Source: Laetmonice hystrix
Taxonomy: Eukaryota
Length of the DNA stretch: 64,000 nucleotides
Assembly: GCA_965235115.1 (NCBI GenBank)
Contig: OZ249436.1
Location: 25,298,001 to 25,362,000 of the forward strand
Direction of reading: 5' to 3'
The notes under the pieces are model-generated. The model saw only the letters and a list, made by a program, of their open reading frames with translations. It was not told the DNA's origin and searched no databases. Positions within the stretch are counted from its first letter, which is position 1. Each line of letters begins with the position of its first letter. This document shows positions 1 to 12,500 of this stretch, piece by piece. The translations under genes and the position numbers were made by a program.

Positions 1-887
1 ATCTCATACAAAATACACCCTCCCGGCAGATGACCTGAGAATATTCAACTCTTATGTCCGATATATCCCTGTCCGCTTAGTAGCACCCAGCCGGGCCCCC
101 ATTTTGACATTGCAACACCAATACAGCAAGTGCCCAGCTAACAGCACAAATAACAGGATTCAGGGCTTCCTACCACGTTACAAGTCACAATAGATTGCTG
201 CCTGTCGTAAAAATATACCAGACCATTTTAAAAAGTCACAGAACCCTAATCCGGCCCTAATATGTCACTCCCAGTACCAATACACTCTGGAAGCACCATC
301 AACTGAAATTCAGGCCTAGAACCAAACCTCTCTCTACCAATATCATGCACCTAGTCCGTATACGAGGTTGTAATTTACTTTAATCAACGGGCTGCGCCGC
401 AGCAACCCACTCTGGTCTTTGCAATCTTTTTCAATATGCGTTAACATTTGTAACCAGCTCAACGCGCCTTGTAAAATTTTTCAAAGTGCGTAAAAGTGTG
501 TGTCCACCCCGACACGCTTTCCAAACCACTATACCCACCGAGCGACATCCACTCAAATACAGGCTTCGACCGATCCTCACTGTGCCAATAATCCGCCACA
601 AGGCAAATTCAGTCAATGCAAGCTGGAAAATCGAATGTCAAACCTAATACTCCCCCCCCAGCACGTTAACTGAAAATAATCAACTAGCTTGAAAACTAGA
701 ATATAGCTTTGTTTAGCTAACAATCTACTCTCCCAGCGCCATCAACTCGCATACAGGCGTAAAAGCAAACGCACTGCCCCATATAATGCTCCCAGCCTAA
801 AACGATGTTGCAATTAATTTAAAATTAACAAGATGCACTAGTAATCCGATCCAAGCTTAATTACGTCATTGCTAGTTTCATAACCAA
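1..887. repeat. Subunit A of the dimeric monomer (887 bp)
   Basis: Colinear with 888-1753. The first 60 nt align ungapped at 48/60 identities by hand count. Both subunits end in CATTGCTAGTT..ATAACCAA. Confidence 0.95.
652..659 (+). repeat. Length-variable poly-C tract (7-12 C across monomers; first instance shown)
   Basis: C8 here, C12 at 12935-12946 and C7 at about 23458-23464. It accounts for most of the monomer length variation. Confidence 0.9.
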
Positions 888-1753
888 ATCTCACAGAAAA
901 TACCCCACCCGGGCACATAACCTGAAAATATTCAACTTTTATCTCCAATGTATCCCTGTGCACCTAGTAGCACCCAAGCGGGCCCAATTTTGACATCCCA
1001 ACACAAATACCGCAAATACCCGCCTAATGGCACAAAAAACTTTCTACCCCTTTGCAAGTCACATTAGCGTGCTGCTTGTCGTAAAAAATGGTGCAGACCA
1101 TTTCTAAAGTCACAGTACCCCACTCCCGGCCTAATATTACGTTTCAGTATCCATATACGCTGCAAGCGGCAGGAACTCGAATACAGGCCTAAAAGTAACC
1201 CCAGTCTAGCAATATCATACTCTCATGCCATATACGAGCTTGTAATTATCTTTAATTAATGGGCTCCGCAGCACCAACCCACTGCATTAACATTTGTTTA
1301 ACAGCTTAACGCACCTTGTAAAAAATTTTCAAGTGCGTAAAAATGCGTGTCCACCTCCACATACTTTAAAAATCACCATACCCACCCAGCGACATTCACT
1401 CTAATACACGCCTAAGAGGAACTTCACTGTCCCATTTGATTCTCCAGCACGTATAGGATGTTTTAAGTAACATTCATCCACGGTCTGGCCCAATAACGTG
1501 CAACAAGGCATAGTAAGTCAATGCGACCTCGCATGTCAAACCTAACCCGCCCCCCAGCACATGAGCTGAAAATATTCAAATAGCGTGAAAACTAGAATAT
1601 AGCTTTGCTTAATACCATTATACCATCAACTCGCATTACAGGCCTAATGCGAAGCTCCCAGCCTAAAACGAGTTTCCAATTAATTTAAAGTTAACAAGAT
1701 GCACTAATAATCGATTCCAAGCCTAATTAGGCCATTGCTAGTTGGATAACCAA
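888..1753. repeat. Subunit B of the dimeric monomer (866 bp)
   Basis: Begins ATCTCACAGAAAATACCCCACCC, homologous to the A start. Shares blocks such as TGAAAACTAGAATATAGCTTTG, AAGTGCGTAAAA and TTAACAAGATGCACTA with A. Carries a B-specific insert at about 1435-1491. Confidence 0.95.
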
Positions 1754-3508
1754 ATCTCATACAAAATACACCCTCCCGGCAGATGACCTGAGAATATTCA
1801 ACTCTTATGTCCGATATATCCCTGTCCGCTTTGTAGCACCCAGCCGGGCCCCCATTTTGACATTGCAACACCAATACAGCAAGTGCCCAGCTAACAGCAC
1901 AAATAACAGGATTCAGGGCTTCCTACCACGTTACAAGTCACAATAGATTGCTGCCTGTCGTAAAAATATACCAGACCATTTTAAAAAGTCACAGAACCCC
2001 AATCCGGCCCTAATATGTCACTCCCAGTACCAATACACTCTGTAAGCACCATCAACTGAAATTCAGGCCTAGAACCCACCTCTCTCTACCAATATCATGC
2101 ACCTAGTCCGTATACGAGGTTGTAATTTCCTTTAATCAACGGGCTGCGCCGCAGCAACCCACTCTGGACTTTGCAATCTTTTTCAATATGCGTTAACATT
2201 TGTGACCAGCTCAACGCGCCTTGTAAAATTTTTCAAAGTGCGTAAAAGTGTGTGTCCACCCCGACACGCTTTCCAAACCACTATACCCACCGAGCGACAT
2301 CCACTCAAATACAGGCTTCGACCGATCCTCACTGTGCCAATAATCCGCCACAAGGCAAATTCAGTCAATGCAAGCTGGAAAATCGAATGTCAAACCTAAT
2401 GCTCCCCCCCCCAAGCACGTTAACTGAAAATAATCAACTAGCTTGAAAACTAGAATATAGCTTTGTTTAGCTAACAATCTACTCTCCCAGCGCCATCAAC
2501 TCGCATACAGGCGTAAAAGCAAACGCACTGCCCCATATAATGCTCCCAGCCTAAAACGATGTTGCAATTAATTTAAAATTAACAAGATGCACTAGTAATC
2601 CGATCCAAGCCTAATTACGTCATTGCTAGTTTCATAACCAAATCTCACAGAAAATACCCCACCCGCGCACATAACCTGAAAATATTCAACTTTTATCTCC
2701 AATGTATCCCTGTGCACCTAGTAGCACCCAAGCGGGCCCAATTTTGACATTCCAACACAAATACCGCAAATACCCGCCTAATGGCACAAAAAACTTTCTA
2801 CCCCGTTGCAAGTCACATTAGCTTGCTGCTTGTCGTAAAAAATGGTGCAGACCATTTCTAAAGTCACAGTACCCCACTCCCGGCCTAATATTACGTTTCA
2901 GTATCCATATACGCTGCAAGCGGCAGGAACTCGAATACAGGCCTAAAAGTAACCCCAGTCTAGCAATATCATACTCTCATGCCATATACGAGCTTGTAAT
3001 TATCTTTAATTAATGGGCTCCGCAGCACCAACCCACTGCATTAACATTTGTTTAACAGCTTAACGCACCTTGTAAAAAATTTTCAAGTGCGTAAAAATGC
3101 GTGTCCACCTCCACATACTTTAAAAATCACTATACCCACCCAGCGACATTCTCTCTAATACACGCCTAAGAGGAACTTCACTGTCCCATTTGATTCTCCA
3201 GCACGTATAGGATGTTTCAAGTAACATTCATCCACGGTCTGGCCCAATAACGTGCAACAAGGCATAGTAAGTCAATGCGAGCTCGCATGTCAAACCTAAC
3301 CCGCCCCCCCAGCACATGAGCTGAAAATATTCAAATAGCTTGAAAACTAGAATATAGCTTTGCTTAATACCATTATACCATCAACTCGCATTACAGGCCT
3401 AATGCGAAGCTCCCAGCCTAAAACGAGTTTCCAATTAATTTAAAGTTAACAAGATGCACTAATAATCGATTCCAAGCCTAATTAGGCCATTGCTAGTTGG
3501 AAAACCAA

Positions 3509-6500
3509 ATCTCATACAAAATACACCCTCCCGGCAGATGACCTGAGAATATTCAACTCTTATGTCCGATATATCCCTGTCCGCTTTGTAGCACCCAGCC
3601 GGGCCCCCATTTTGACATTGCAACACCAATACAGCAAGTGCCCAGCTAACAGCACAAATAACAGGATTCAGGGCTTCCTACCACGTTACAAGTCACAATA
3701 GATTGCTGCCTGTCGTAAAAATATACCAGACCATTTTAAAAAGTCACAGAACCCCAATCCGGCCCTAATATGTCACTCCCAGTACCAATACACTCTGTAA
3801 GCACCATCAACTGAAATTCAATCCTAGAACCCACCTCTCTCTACCAATATCATGCACCTAGTCCGTATACGAGGTTGTAATTTCCTTTAATCAACGGGCT
3901 GCGCCGCAGCAACCCACTCTGGTCTTTGCAATCTTTTTCAATATGCGTTAACATTTGTGACCAGCTCAACGCGCCTTGTAAAATTTTTCAAAGTGCGTAA
4001 AAGTGTGTGTCCACCCCGACACGCTTTCCAAACCACTATACCCACCGAGCGACATCCACTCAAATACAGGCTTCGACCGATCCTCACTGTGCCAATAATC
4101 CGCCACAAGGCAAATTCAGTCAATGCAAGCTGGAAAATCGAATGTCAAACCTAATGCTCCCCCCCCCCCAGCACGTTAACTGAAAATAATCAACTAGCTT
4201 GAAAACTAGAATATAGCTTTGTTTAGCTAACAATCTACTCTCCCAGCGCCATCAACTCGCATACAGGCGTAAAAGCAAACGCACTGCCCCATATAATGCT
4301 CCCAGCCTAAAACGATGTTGCAATTAATTTAAAATTAACAAGATGCACTAGTAATCCGATCCAAGCCTAATTACGTCATTGCTAGTTTCATAACCAAATC
4401 TCACAGAAAATACCCCACCCGCGCACATAACCTAAAAATATTCAACTTTTATCTCCAATGTATCCCTGTGCACCTAGTAGCACCGAAGCGGGCCCAATTT
4501 TGACATTCCAACACAAATACCGCAAATACCCGCCTAATGGCACAAAAAACTTTCTACCCCGTTGCAAGTCACATTAGCTTGCTGCTTGTCGTAAAAAATG
4601 GTGCAGACCATTTCTAAAGTCACAGTACCCCACTCCCGGCCTAATATTACGTTTCAGTATCCATATACGCTGCAAGCGGCAAGAACTCGAATACAGGCCT
4701 AAAAGTAACCCCAGTCTAGCAATATCATACTCTCATGCCATATACGAGCTTGTAATTATCTTTAATTAATGGGCTCCGCAGCACCAACCCACTGCATTAA
4801 CATTTGTTTAACAGCTTAACGCACCTTGTAAAAAATTTTCAAGTGCGTAAAAATGCGTGTCCACCTCCACATACTTTAAAAATCACTATACCCACCCAGC
4901 GACATTCACTCTAATACACGCCTAAGAGGAACTTCACTGTCCCATTTGATTCTCCAGCACGTATAGGATGTTTCAAGTAACATTCATCCACGGTCTGGCC
5001 CAATAACGTGCAACAAGGCATAGTAAGTCAATGCGAGCTCGCATGTCAAACCTAACCCGCCCCCCAGCACATGAGCTGAAAATATTCAAATAGCTTGAAA
5101 ACTAGAATATAGCTTTGCTTAATACCATTATACCATCAACTCGCATTACAGGCCTAATGCGAAGCTCCCAGCCTAAAACGAGTTTCCAATTAATTTAAAG
5201 TTAACAAGATGCACTAATAATCGATTCCAAGCCTAATTAGGCCATTGCTAGTTGGATAACCAAATCTCATACAAAATACACCCTCCCGGCAGATGACCTG
5301 AGAATATTCAACTCTTATGTCCGATATATCCCTGTCCGCTTAGTAGCACCCAGCCGGGCCCCCATTTTGACATTGCAACACCAATACAGCAAGTGCCCAG
5401 CTAACAGCACAAATAACAGGATTCAGGGCTTCCTACCACGTTACAAGTCACAATAGATTGCTGCCTGTCGTAAAAATATACCAGACCATTTTAAAAAGTC
5501 ACAGAACCCTAATCCGGCCCTAATATGTCACTCCCAGTACCAATACACTCTGGAAGCACCATTAACCGAAATTCAGGCCTAGAACCAAACCTCTCTCTAC
5601 CAATATCATGCACCTAGTCCGTATACGAGGTTGTAATTTACTTTAATCAACGGGCTGCGCCGCAGCAACCCACTCTGGACTTTGCAATCTTTTTCAATAT
5701 GCGTTAACATTTGTGACCAGCTCAACGCGCCTTGTAAAATTTTTCAAAGTGCGTAAAAGTGTGTGTCCACCCCGACACGCTTTTCAAACCACTATACCCA
5801 CCGAGCGACATCCACTCAAATACAGGCTTCGACCGATCCTCACTGTGCCAATAATCCGCCACAAGGCAAATTCAGTCAATGCAAGCTGGAAAATCGAATG
5901 TCAAACCTAATGCTCCCCCCCCCAGCACGTTAACTGAAAATAATCAACTAGCTTGAAAACTAGAATATAGCTTTGTTTAGCTAACAATCTACTCTCCCAG
6001 CGCCATCAACTCGCATACAGGCGTAAAAGCAAACGCACTGCCCCATATAATGCTCCCAGCCTAAAACGATGTTGCAATTAATTTAAAATTAACAAGATGC
6101 ACTAGTAATCCGATCCAAGCCTAATTACGTCATTGCTAGTTTCATAACCAAATCTCACAGAAAATACCCCACCCGCGCACATAACCTGAAAATATTCAAC
6201 TTTTATCTCCAATGTATCCCTGTGCACCTAGTAGCACCCAAGCGGGCCCAATTTTGACATTCCAACACAAATACCGCAAATACCCGCCTAATGGCACAAA
6301 AAACTTTCTACCCCGTTGCAAGTCACATTAGCTTGCTGCTTGTCGTAAAAAATGGTGCAGACCATTTCTAAAGTCACAGTACCCCACTCCCGGCCTAATA
6401 TTACGTTTCAGTATCCATATACGCTGCAAGCGGCAGGAACTCGAATACAGGCCTAAAAGTAACCCCAGTCTAGCAATATCATACTCTCATGCCATATACG

Positions 6501-9500
6501 AGCTTGTAATTATCTTTAATTAATGGGCTCCGCAGCACCAACCCACTGCATTAACATTTGTTTAACAGCTTAACGCACCTTGTAAAAAATTTTCAAGTGC
6601 GTAAAAATGCGTGTCCACCTCCACATACTTTAAAAATCACTATACCCACCCAGCGACATTCACTCTAATACACGCCTAAGAGGAACTTCACTGTCCCATT
6701 TGATTCTCCAGCACGTATAGGATGTTTCAAGTAACATTCATCCACGGTCTGGCCCAATAACGTGCAACAAGGCATAGTAAGTCAATGCGAGCTCGCATGT
6801 CAAACCTAACCCGCCCCCCCAGCACATGAGCTGAAAATATTCAAATAGCTTGAAAACTAGAATATAGCTTTGCTTAATACCATTATACCATCAACTCGCA
6901 TTACAGGCCTAATGCGAAGCTCCCAGCCTAAAACGAGTTTCCAATTAATTTAAAGTTAACAAGATGCACTAATAATCGATTCCAAGCCTAATTAGGCCAT
7001 TGCTAGTTGGAAAACCAAATCTCATACAAAATACACCCTCCCGGCAGATGACCTGAGAATATTCAACTCTTATGTCCGATATATCCCTGTCCGCTTTGTA
7101 GCACCCAGCCGGGCCCCCATTTTGACATTGCAACACCAATACAGCAAGTGCCCAGCTAACAGCACAAATAACAGGATTCAGGGCTTCCTACCACGTTACA
7201 AGTCACAATAGATTGCTGCCTGTCGTAAAAATATACCAGACCATTTTAAAAAGTCACAGAACCCCAATCCGGCCCTAATATGTCACTCCCAGTACCAATA
7301 CACTCTGTAAGCACCATCAACTGAAATTCAATCCTAGAACCCACCTCTCTCTACCAATATCATGCACCTAGTCCGTATACGAGGTTGTAATTTCCTTTAA
7401 TCAACGGGCTGCGCCGCAGCAACCCACTCTGGTCTTTGCAATCTTTTTCAATATGCGTTAACATTTGTGACCAGCTCAACGCGCCTTGTAAAATTTTTCA
7501 AAGTGCGTAAAAGTGTGTGTCCACCCCGACACGCTTTCCAAACCACTATACCCACCGAGCGACATCCACTCAAATACAGGCTTCGACCGATCCTCACTGT
7601 GCCAATAATCCGCCACAAGGCAAATTCAGTCAATGCAAGCTGGAAAATCGAATGTCAAACCTAATGCTCCCCCCCCCCCAGCACGTTAACTGAAAATAAT
7701 CAACTAGCTTGAAAACTAGAATATAGCTTTGTTTAGCTAACAATCTACTCTCCCAGCGCCATCAACTCGCATACAGGCGTAAAAGCAAACGCACTGCCCC
7801 ATATAATGCTCCCAGCCTAAAACGATGTTGCAATTAATTTAAAATTAACAAGATGCACTAGTAATCCGATCCAAGCCTAATTACGTCATTGCTAGTTTCA
7901 TAACCAAATCTCACAGAAAATACCCCACCCGCGCACATAACCTGAAAATATTCAACTTTTATCTCCAATGTATCCCTGTGCACCTAGTAGCACCCAAGCG
8001 GGCCCAATTTTGACATTCCAACACAAATACCGCAAATACCCGCCTAATGGCACAAACAACTTTCTACCCCGTTGCAAGTCACATTAGCTTGCTGCTTGTC
8101 GTAAAAAATGGTGCAGACCATTTCTAAAGTCACAGTACCCCACTCCCGGCCTAATATTACGTTTCAGTGTCCATATACGCTGCAAGCGGCAAGAACTCGA
8201 ATACAGGCCTAAAAGTAACCCCAGTCTAGCAATATCATACTCTCATGCCATATACGAGCTTGTAATTATCTTTAATTAATGGGCTCCGCAGCACCAACCC
8301 ACTGCATTAACATTTGTTTAACAGCTTAACGCACCTTGTAAAAAATTTTCAAGTGCGTAAAAATGCGTGTCCACCTCCACATACTTTAAAAATCACTATA
8401 CCCACCCAGCGACATTCACTCTAATACACGCCTAAGAGGAACTTCACTGTCCCATTTGATTCTCCAGCACGTATAGGATGTTTCAAGTAACATTCATCCA
8501 CGGTCTGGCCCAATAACGTGCAACAAGGCATAGTAAGTCAATGCGAGCTCGCATGTCAAACCTAACCCGCCCCCCAGCACATGAGCTGAAAATATTCAAA
8601 TAGCTTGAAAACTAGAATATAGCTTTGCTTAATACCATTATACCATCAACTCGCATTACAGGCCTAATGCGAAGCTCCCAGCCTAAAACGAGTTTCCAAT
8701 TAATTTAAAGTTAACAAGATGCACTAATAATCGATTCCAAGCCTAATTAGGCCATTGCTAGTTGGATAACCAAATCTCATACAAAATACACCCTCCCGGC
8801 AGATGACCTGAGAATATTCAACTCTTATGTCCGATATATCCCTGTCCGCTTAGTAGCACCCAGCCGGGCCCCCATTTTGACATTGCAACACCAATACAGC
8901 AAGTGCCCAGCTAACAGCACAAATAACAGGATTCAGGGCTTCCTACCACGTTACAAGTCACAATAGATTGCTGCCTGTCGTAAAAATATACCAGACCATT
9001 TTAAAAAGTCACAGAACCCTAATCCGGCCCTAATATGTCACTCCCAGTACCAATACACTCTGGAAGCACCATTAACCGAAATTCAGGCCTAGAACCAAAC
9101 CTCTCTCTACCAATATCATGCACCTAGTCCGTATACGAGGTTGTAATTTACTTTAATCAACGGGCTGCGCCGCAGCAACCCACTCTGGACTTTGCAATCT
9201 TTTTCAATATGCGTTAACATTTGTGACCAGCTCAACGCGCCTTGTAAAATTTTTCAAAGTGCGTAAAAGTGTGTGTCCACCCCGACACGCTTTTCAAACC
9301 ACTATACCCACCGAGCGACATCCACTCAAATACAGGCTTCGACCGATCCTCACTGTGCCAATAATCCGCCACAAGGCAAATTCAGTCAATGCAAGCTGGA
9401 AAATCGAATGTCAAACCTAATGCTCCCCCCCCCAGCACGTTAACTGAAAATAATCAACTAGCTTGAAAACTAGAATATAGCTTTGTTTAGCTAACAATCT

Positions 9501-12500
9501 ACTCTCCCAGCGCCATCAACTCGCATACAGGCGTAAAAGCAAACGCACTGCCCCATATAATGCTCCCAGCCTAAAACGATGTTGCAATTAATTTAAAATT
9601 AACAAGATGCACTAGTAATCCGATCCAAGCCTAATTACGTCATTGCTAGTTTCATAACCAAATCTCACAGAAAATACCCCACCCGCGCACATAACCTGAA
9701 AATATTCAACTTTTATCTCCAATGTATCCCTGTGCACCTAGTAGCACCCAAGCGGGCCCAATTTTGACATTCCAACACAAATACCGCAAATACCCGCCTA
9801 ATGGCACAAAAAACTTTCTACCCCGTTGCAAGTCACATTAGCTTGCTGCTTGTCGTAAAAAATGGTGCAGACCATTTCTAAAGTCACAGTACCCCACTCC
9901 CGGCCTAATATTACGTTTCAGTATCCATATACGCTGCAAGCGGCAGGAACTCGAATACAGGCCTAAAAGTAACCCCAGTCTAGCAATATCATACTCTCAT
10001 GCCATATACGAGCTTGTAATTATCTTTAATTAATGGGCTCCGCAGCACCAACCCACTGCATTAACATTTGTTTAACAGCTTAACGCACCTTGTAAAAAAT
10101 TTTCAAGTGCGTAAAAATGCGTGTCCACCTCCACATACTTTAAAAATCACTATACCCACCCAGCGACATTCACTCTAATACACGCCTAAGAGGAACTTCA
10201 CTGTCCCATTTGATTCTCCAGCACGTATAGGATGTTTCAAGTAACATTCATCCACGGTCTGGCCCAATAACGTGCAACAAGGCATAGTAAGTCAATGCGA
10301 GCTCGCATGTCAAACCTAACCCGCCCCCCCAGCACATGAGCTGAAAATATTCAAATAGCTTGAAAACTAGAATATAGCTTTGCTTAATACCATTATACCA
10401 TCAACTCGCATTACAGGCCTAATGCGAAGCTCCCAGCCTAAAACGAGTTTCCAATTAATTTAAAGTTAACAAGATGCACTAATAATCGATTCCAAGCCTA
10501 ATTAGGCCATTGCTAGTTGGAAAACCAAATCTCATACAAAATACACCCTCCCGGCAGATGACCTGAGAATATTCAACTCTTATGTCCGATATATCCCTGT
10601 CCGCTTTGTAGCACCCAGCCGGGCCCCCATTTTGACATTGCAACACCAATACAGCAAGTGCCCAGCTAACAGCACAAATAACAGGATTCAGGGCTTCCTA
10701 CCACGTTACAAGTCACAATAGATTGCTGCCTGTCGTAAAAATATACCAGACCATTTTAAAAAGTCACAGAACCCCAATCCGGCCCTAATATGTCACTCCC
10801 AGTACCAATACACTCTGTAAGCACCATCAACTGAAATTCAATCCTAGAACCCACCTCTCTCTACCAATATCATGCACCTAGTCCGTATACGAGGTTGTAA
10901 TTTCCTTTAATCAACGGGCTGCGCCGCAGCAACCCACTCTGGTCTTTGCAATCTTTTTCAATATGCGTTAACATTTGTGACCAGCTCAACGCGCCTTGTA
11001 AAATTTTTCAAAGTGCGTAAAAGTGTGTGTCCACCCCGACACGCTTTCCAAACCACTATACCCACCGAGCGACATCCACTCAAATACAGGCTTCGACCGA
11101 TCCTCACTGTGCCAATAATCCGCCACAAGGCAAATTCAGTCAATGCAAGCTGGAAAATCGAATGTCAAACCTAATGCTCCCCCCCCCCCAGCACGTTAAC
11201 TGAAAATAATCAACTAGCTTGAAAACTAGAATATAGCTTTGTTTAGCTAACAATCTACTCTCCCAGCGCCATCAACTCGCATACAGGCGTAAAAGCAAAC
11301 GCACTGCCCCATATAATGCTCCCAGCCTAAAACGATGTTGCAATTAATTTAAAATTAACAAGATGCACTAGTAATCCGATCCAAGCCTAATTACGTCATT
11401 GCTAGTTTCATAACCAAATCTCACAGAAAATACCCCACCCGCGCACATAACCTGAAAATATTCAACTTTTATCTCCAATGTATCCCTGTGCACCTAGTAG
11501 CACCCAAGCGGGCCCAATTTTGACATTCCAACACAAATACCGCAAATACCCGCCTAATGGCACAAACAACTTTCTACCCCGTTGCAAGTCACATTAGCTT
11601 GCTGCTTGTCGTAAAAAATGGTGCAGACCATTTCTAAAGTCACAGTACCCCACTCCCGGCCTAATATTACGTTTCAGTGTCCATATACGCTGCAAGCGGC
11701 AAGAACTCGAATACAGGCCTAAAAGTAACCCCAGTCTAGCAATATCATACTCTCATGCCATATACGAGCTTGTAATTATCTTTAATTAATGGGCTCCGCA
11801 GCACCAACCCACTGCATTAACATTTGTTTAACAGCTTAACGCACCTTGTAAAAAATTTTCAAGTGCGTAAAAATGCGTGTCCACCTCCACATACTTTAAA
11901 AATCACTATACCCACCCAGCGACATTCACTCTAATACACGCCTAAGAGGAACTTCACTGTCCCATTTGATTCTCCAGCACGTATAGGATGTTTCAAGTAA
12001 CATTCATCCACGGTCTGGCCCAATAACGTGCAACAAGGCATAGTAAGTCAATGCGAGCTCGCATGTCAAACCTAACCCGCCCCCCAGCACATGAGCTGAA
12101 AATATTCAAATAGCTTGAAAACTAGAATATAGCTTTGCTTAATACCATTATACCATCAACTCGCATTACAGGCCTAATGCGAAGCTCCCAGCCTAAAACG
12201 AGTTTCCAATTAATTTAAAGTTAACAAGATGCACTAATAATCGATTCCAAGCCTAATTAGGCCATTGCTAGTTGGATAACCAAATCTCATACAAAATACA
12301 CCCTCCCGGCAGATGACCTGAGAATATTCAACTCTTATGTCCGATATATCCCTGTCCGCTTAGTAGCACCCAGCCGGGCCCCCATTTTGACATTGCAACA
12401 CCAATACAGCAAGTGCCCAGCTAACAGCACAAATAACAGGATTCAGGGCTTCCTACCACGTTACAAGTCACAATAGATTGCTGCCTGTCGTAAAAATATA

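Larger units (their letters stand above)
1..1753. repeat. Representative monomer (1,753 bp); the phase is set arbitrarily by the window start
   Basis: The sequence at position 1 recurs at 1754. Confidence 0.98.

Noticed and set aside
507..530. CENP-B-box-like string on the minus strand (GGTTTGGAAAGCGTG)
   Set aside because: It lacks the essential TTCG and CGGG positions at the required spacing.
431..616. 61-aa minus-strand ORF (MTEFALWR...) present in nearly every monomer
   Set aside because: It is short, starts at TTG and has no recognisable domain. It is broken by an SNV in the monomers at 5264 and 8774, and the homologous part of subunit B is interrupted by indels. Recurrence simply reflects the repeat.
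652..659. Poly-C tract as a phase-variation switch
   Set aside because: There is no credible gene or promoter for it to control. Slippage or homopolymer sequencing error explains the variation.
2202..2446. Overlapping 63-65-aa plus-strand ORFs
   Set aside because: They have GTG starts and appear or vanish with one SNV (TGTGAC/TGTAAC) or with C-run length. They overlap the minus-strand ORF and show no domain similarity.
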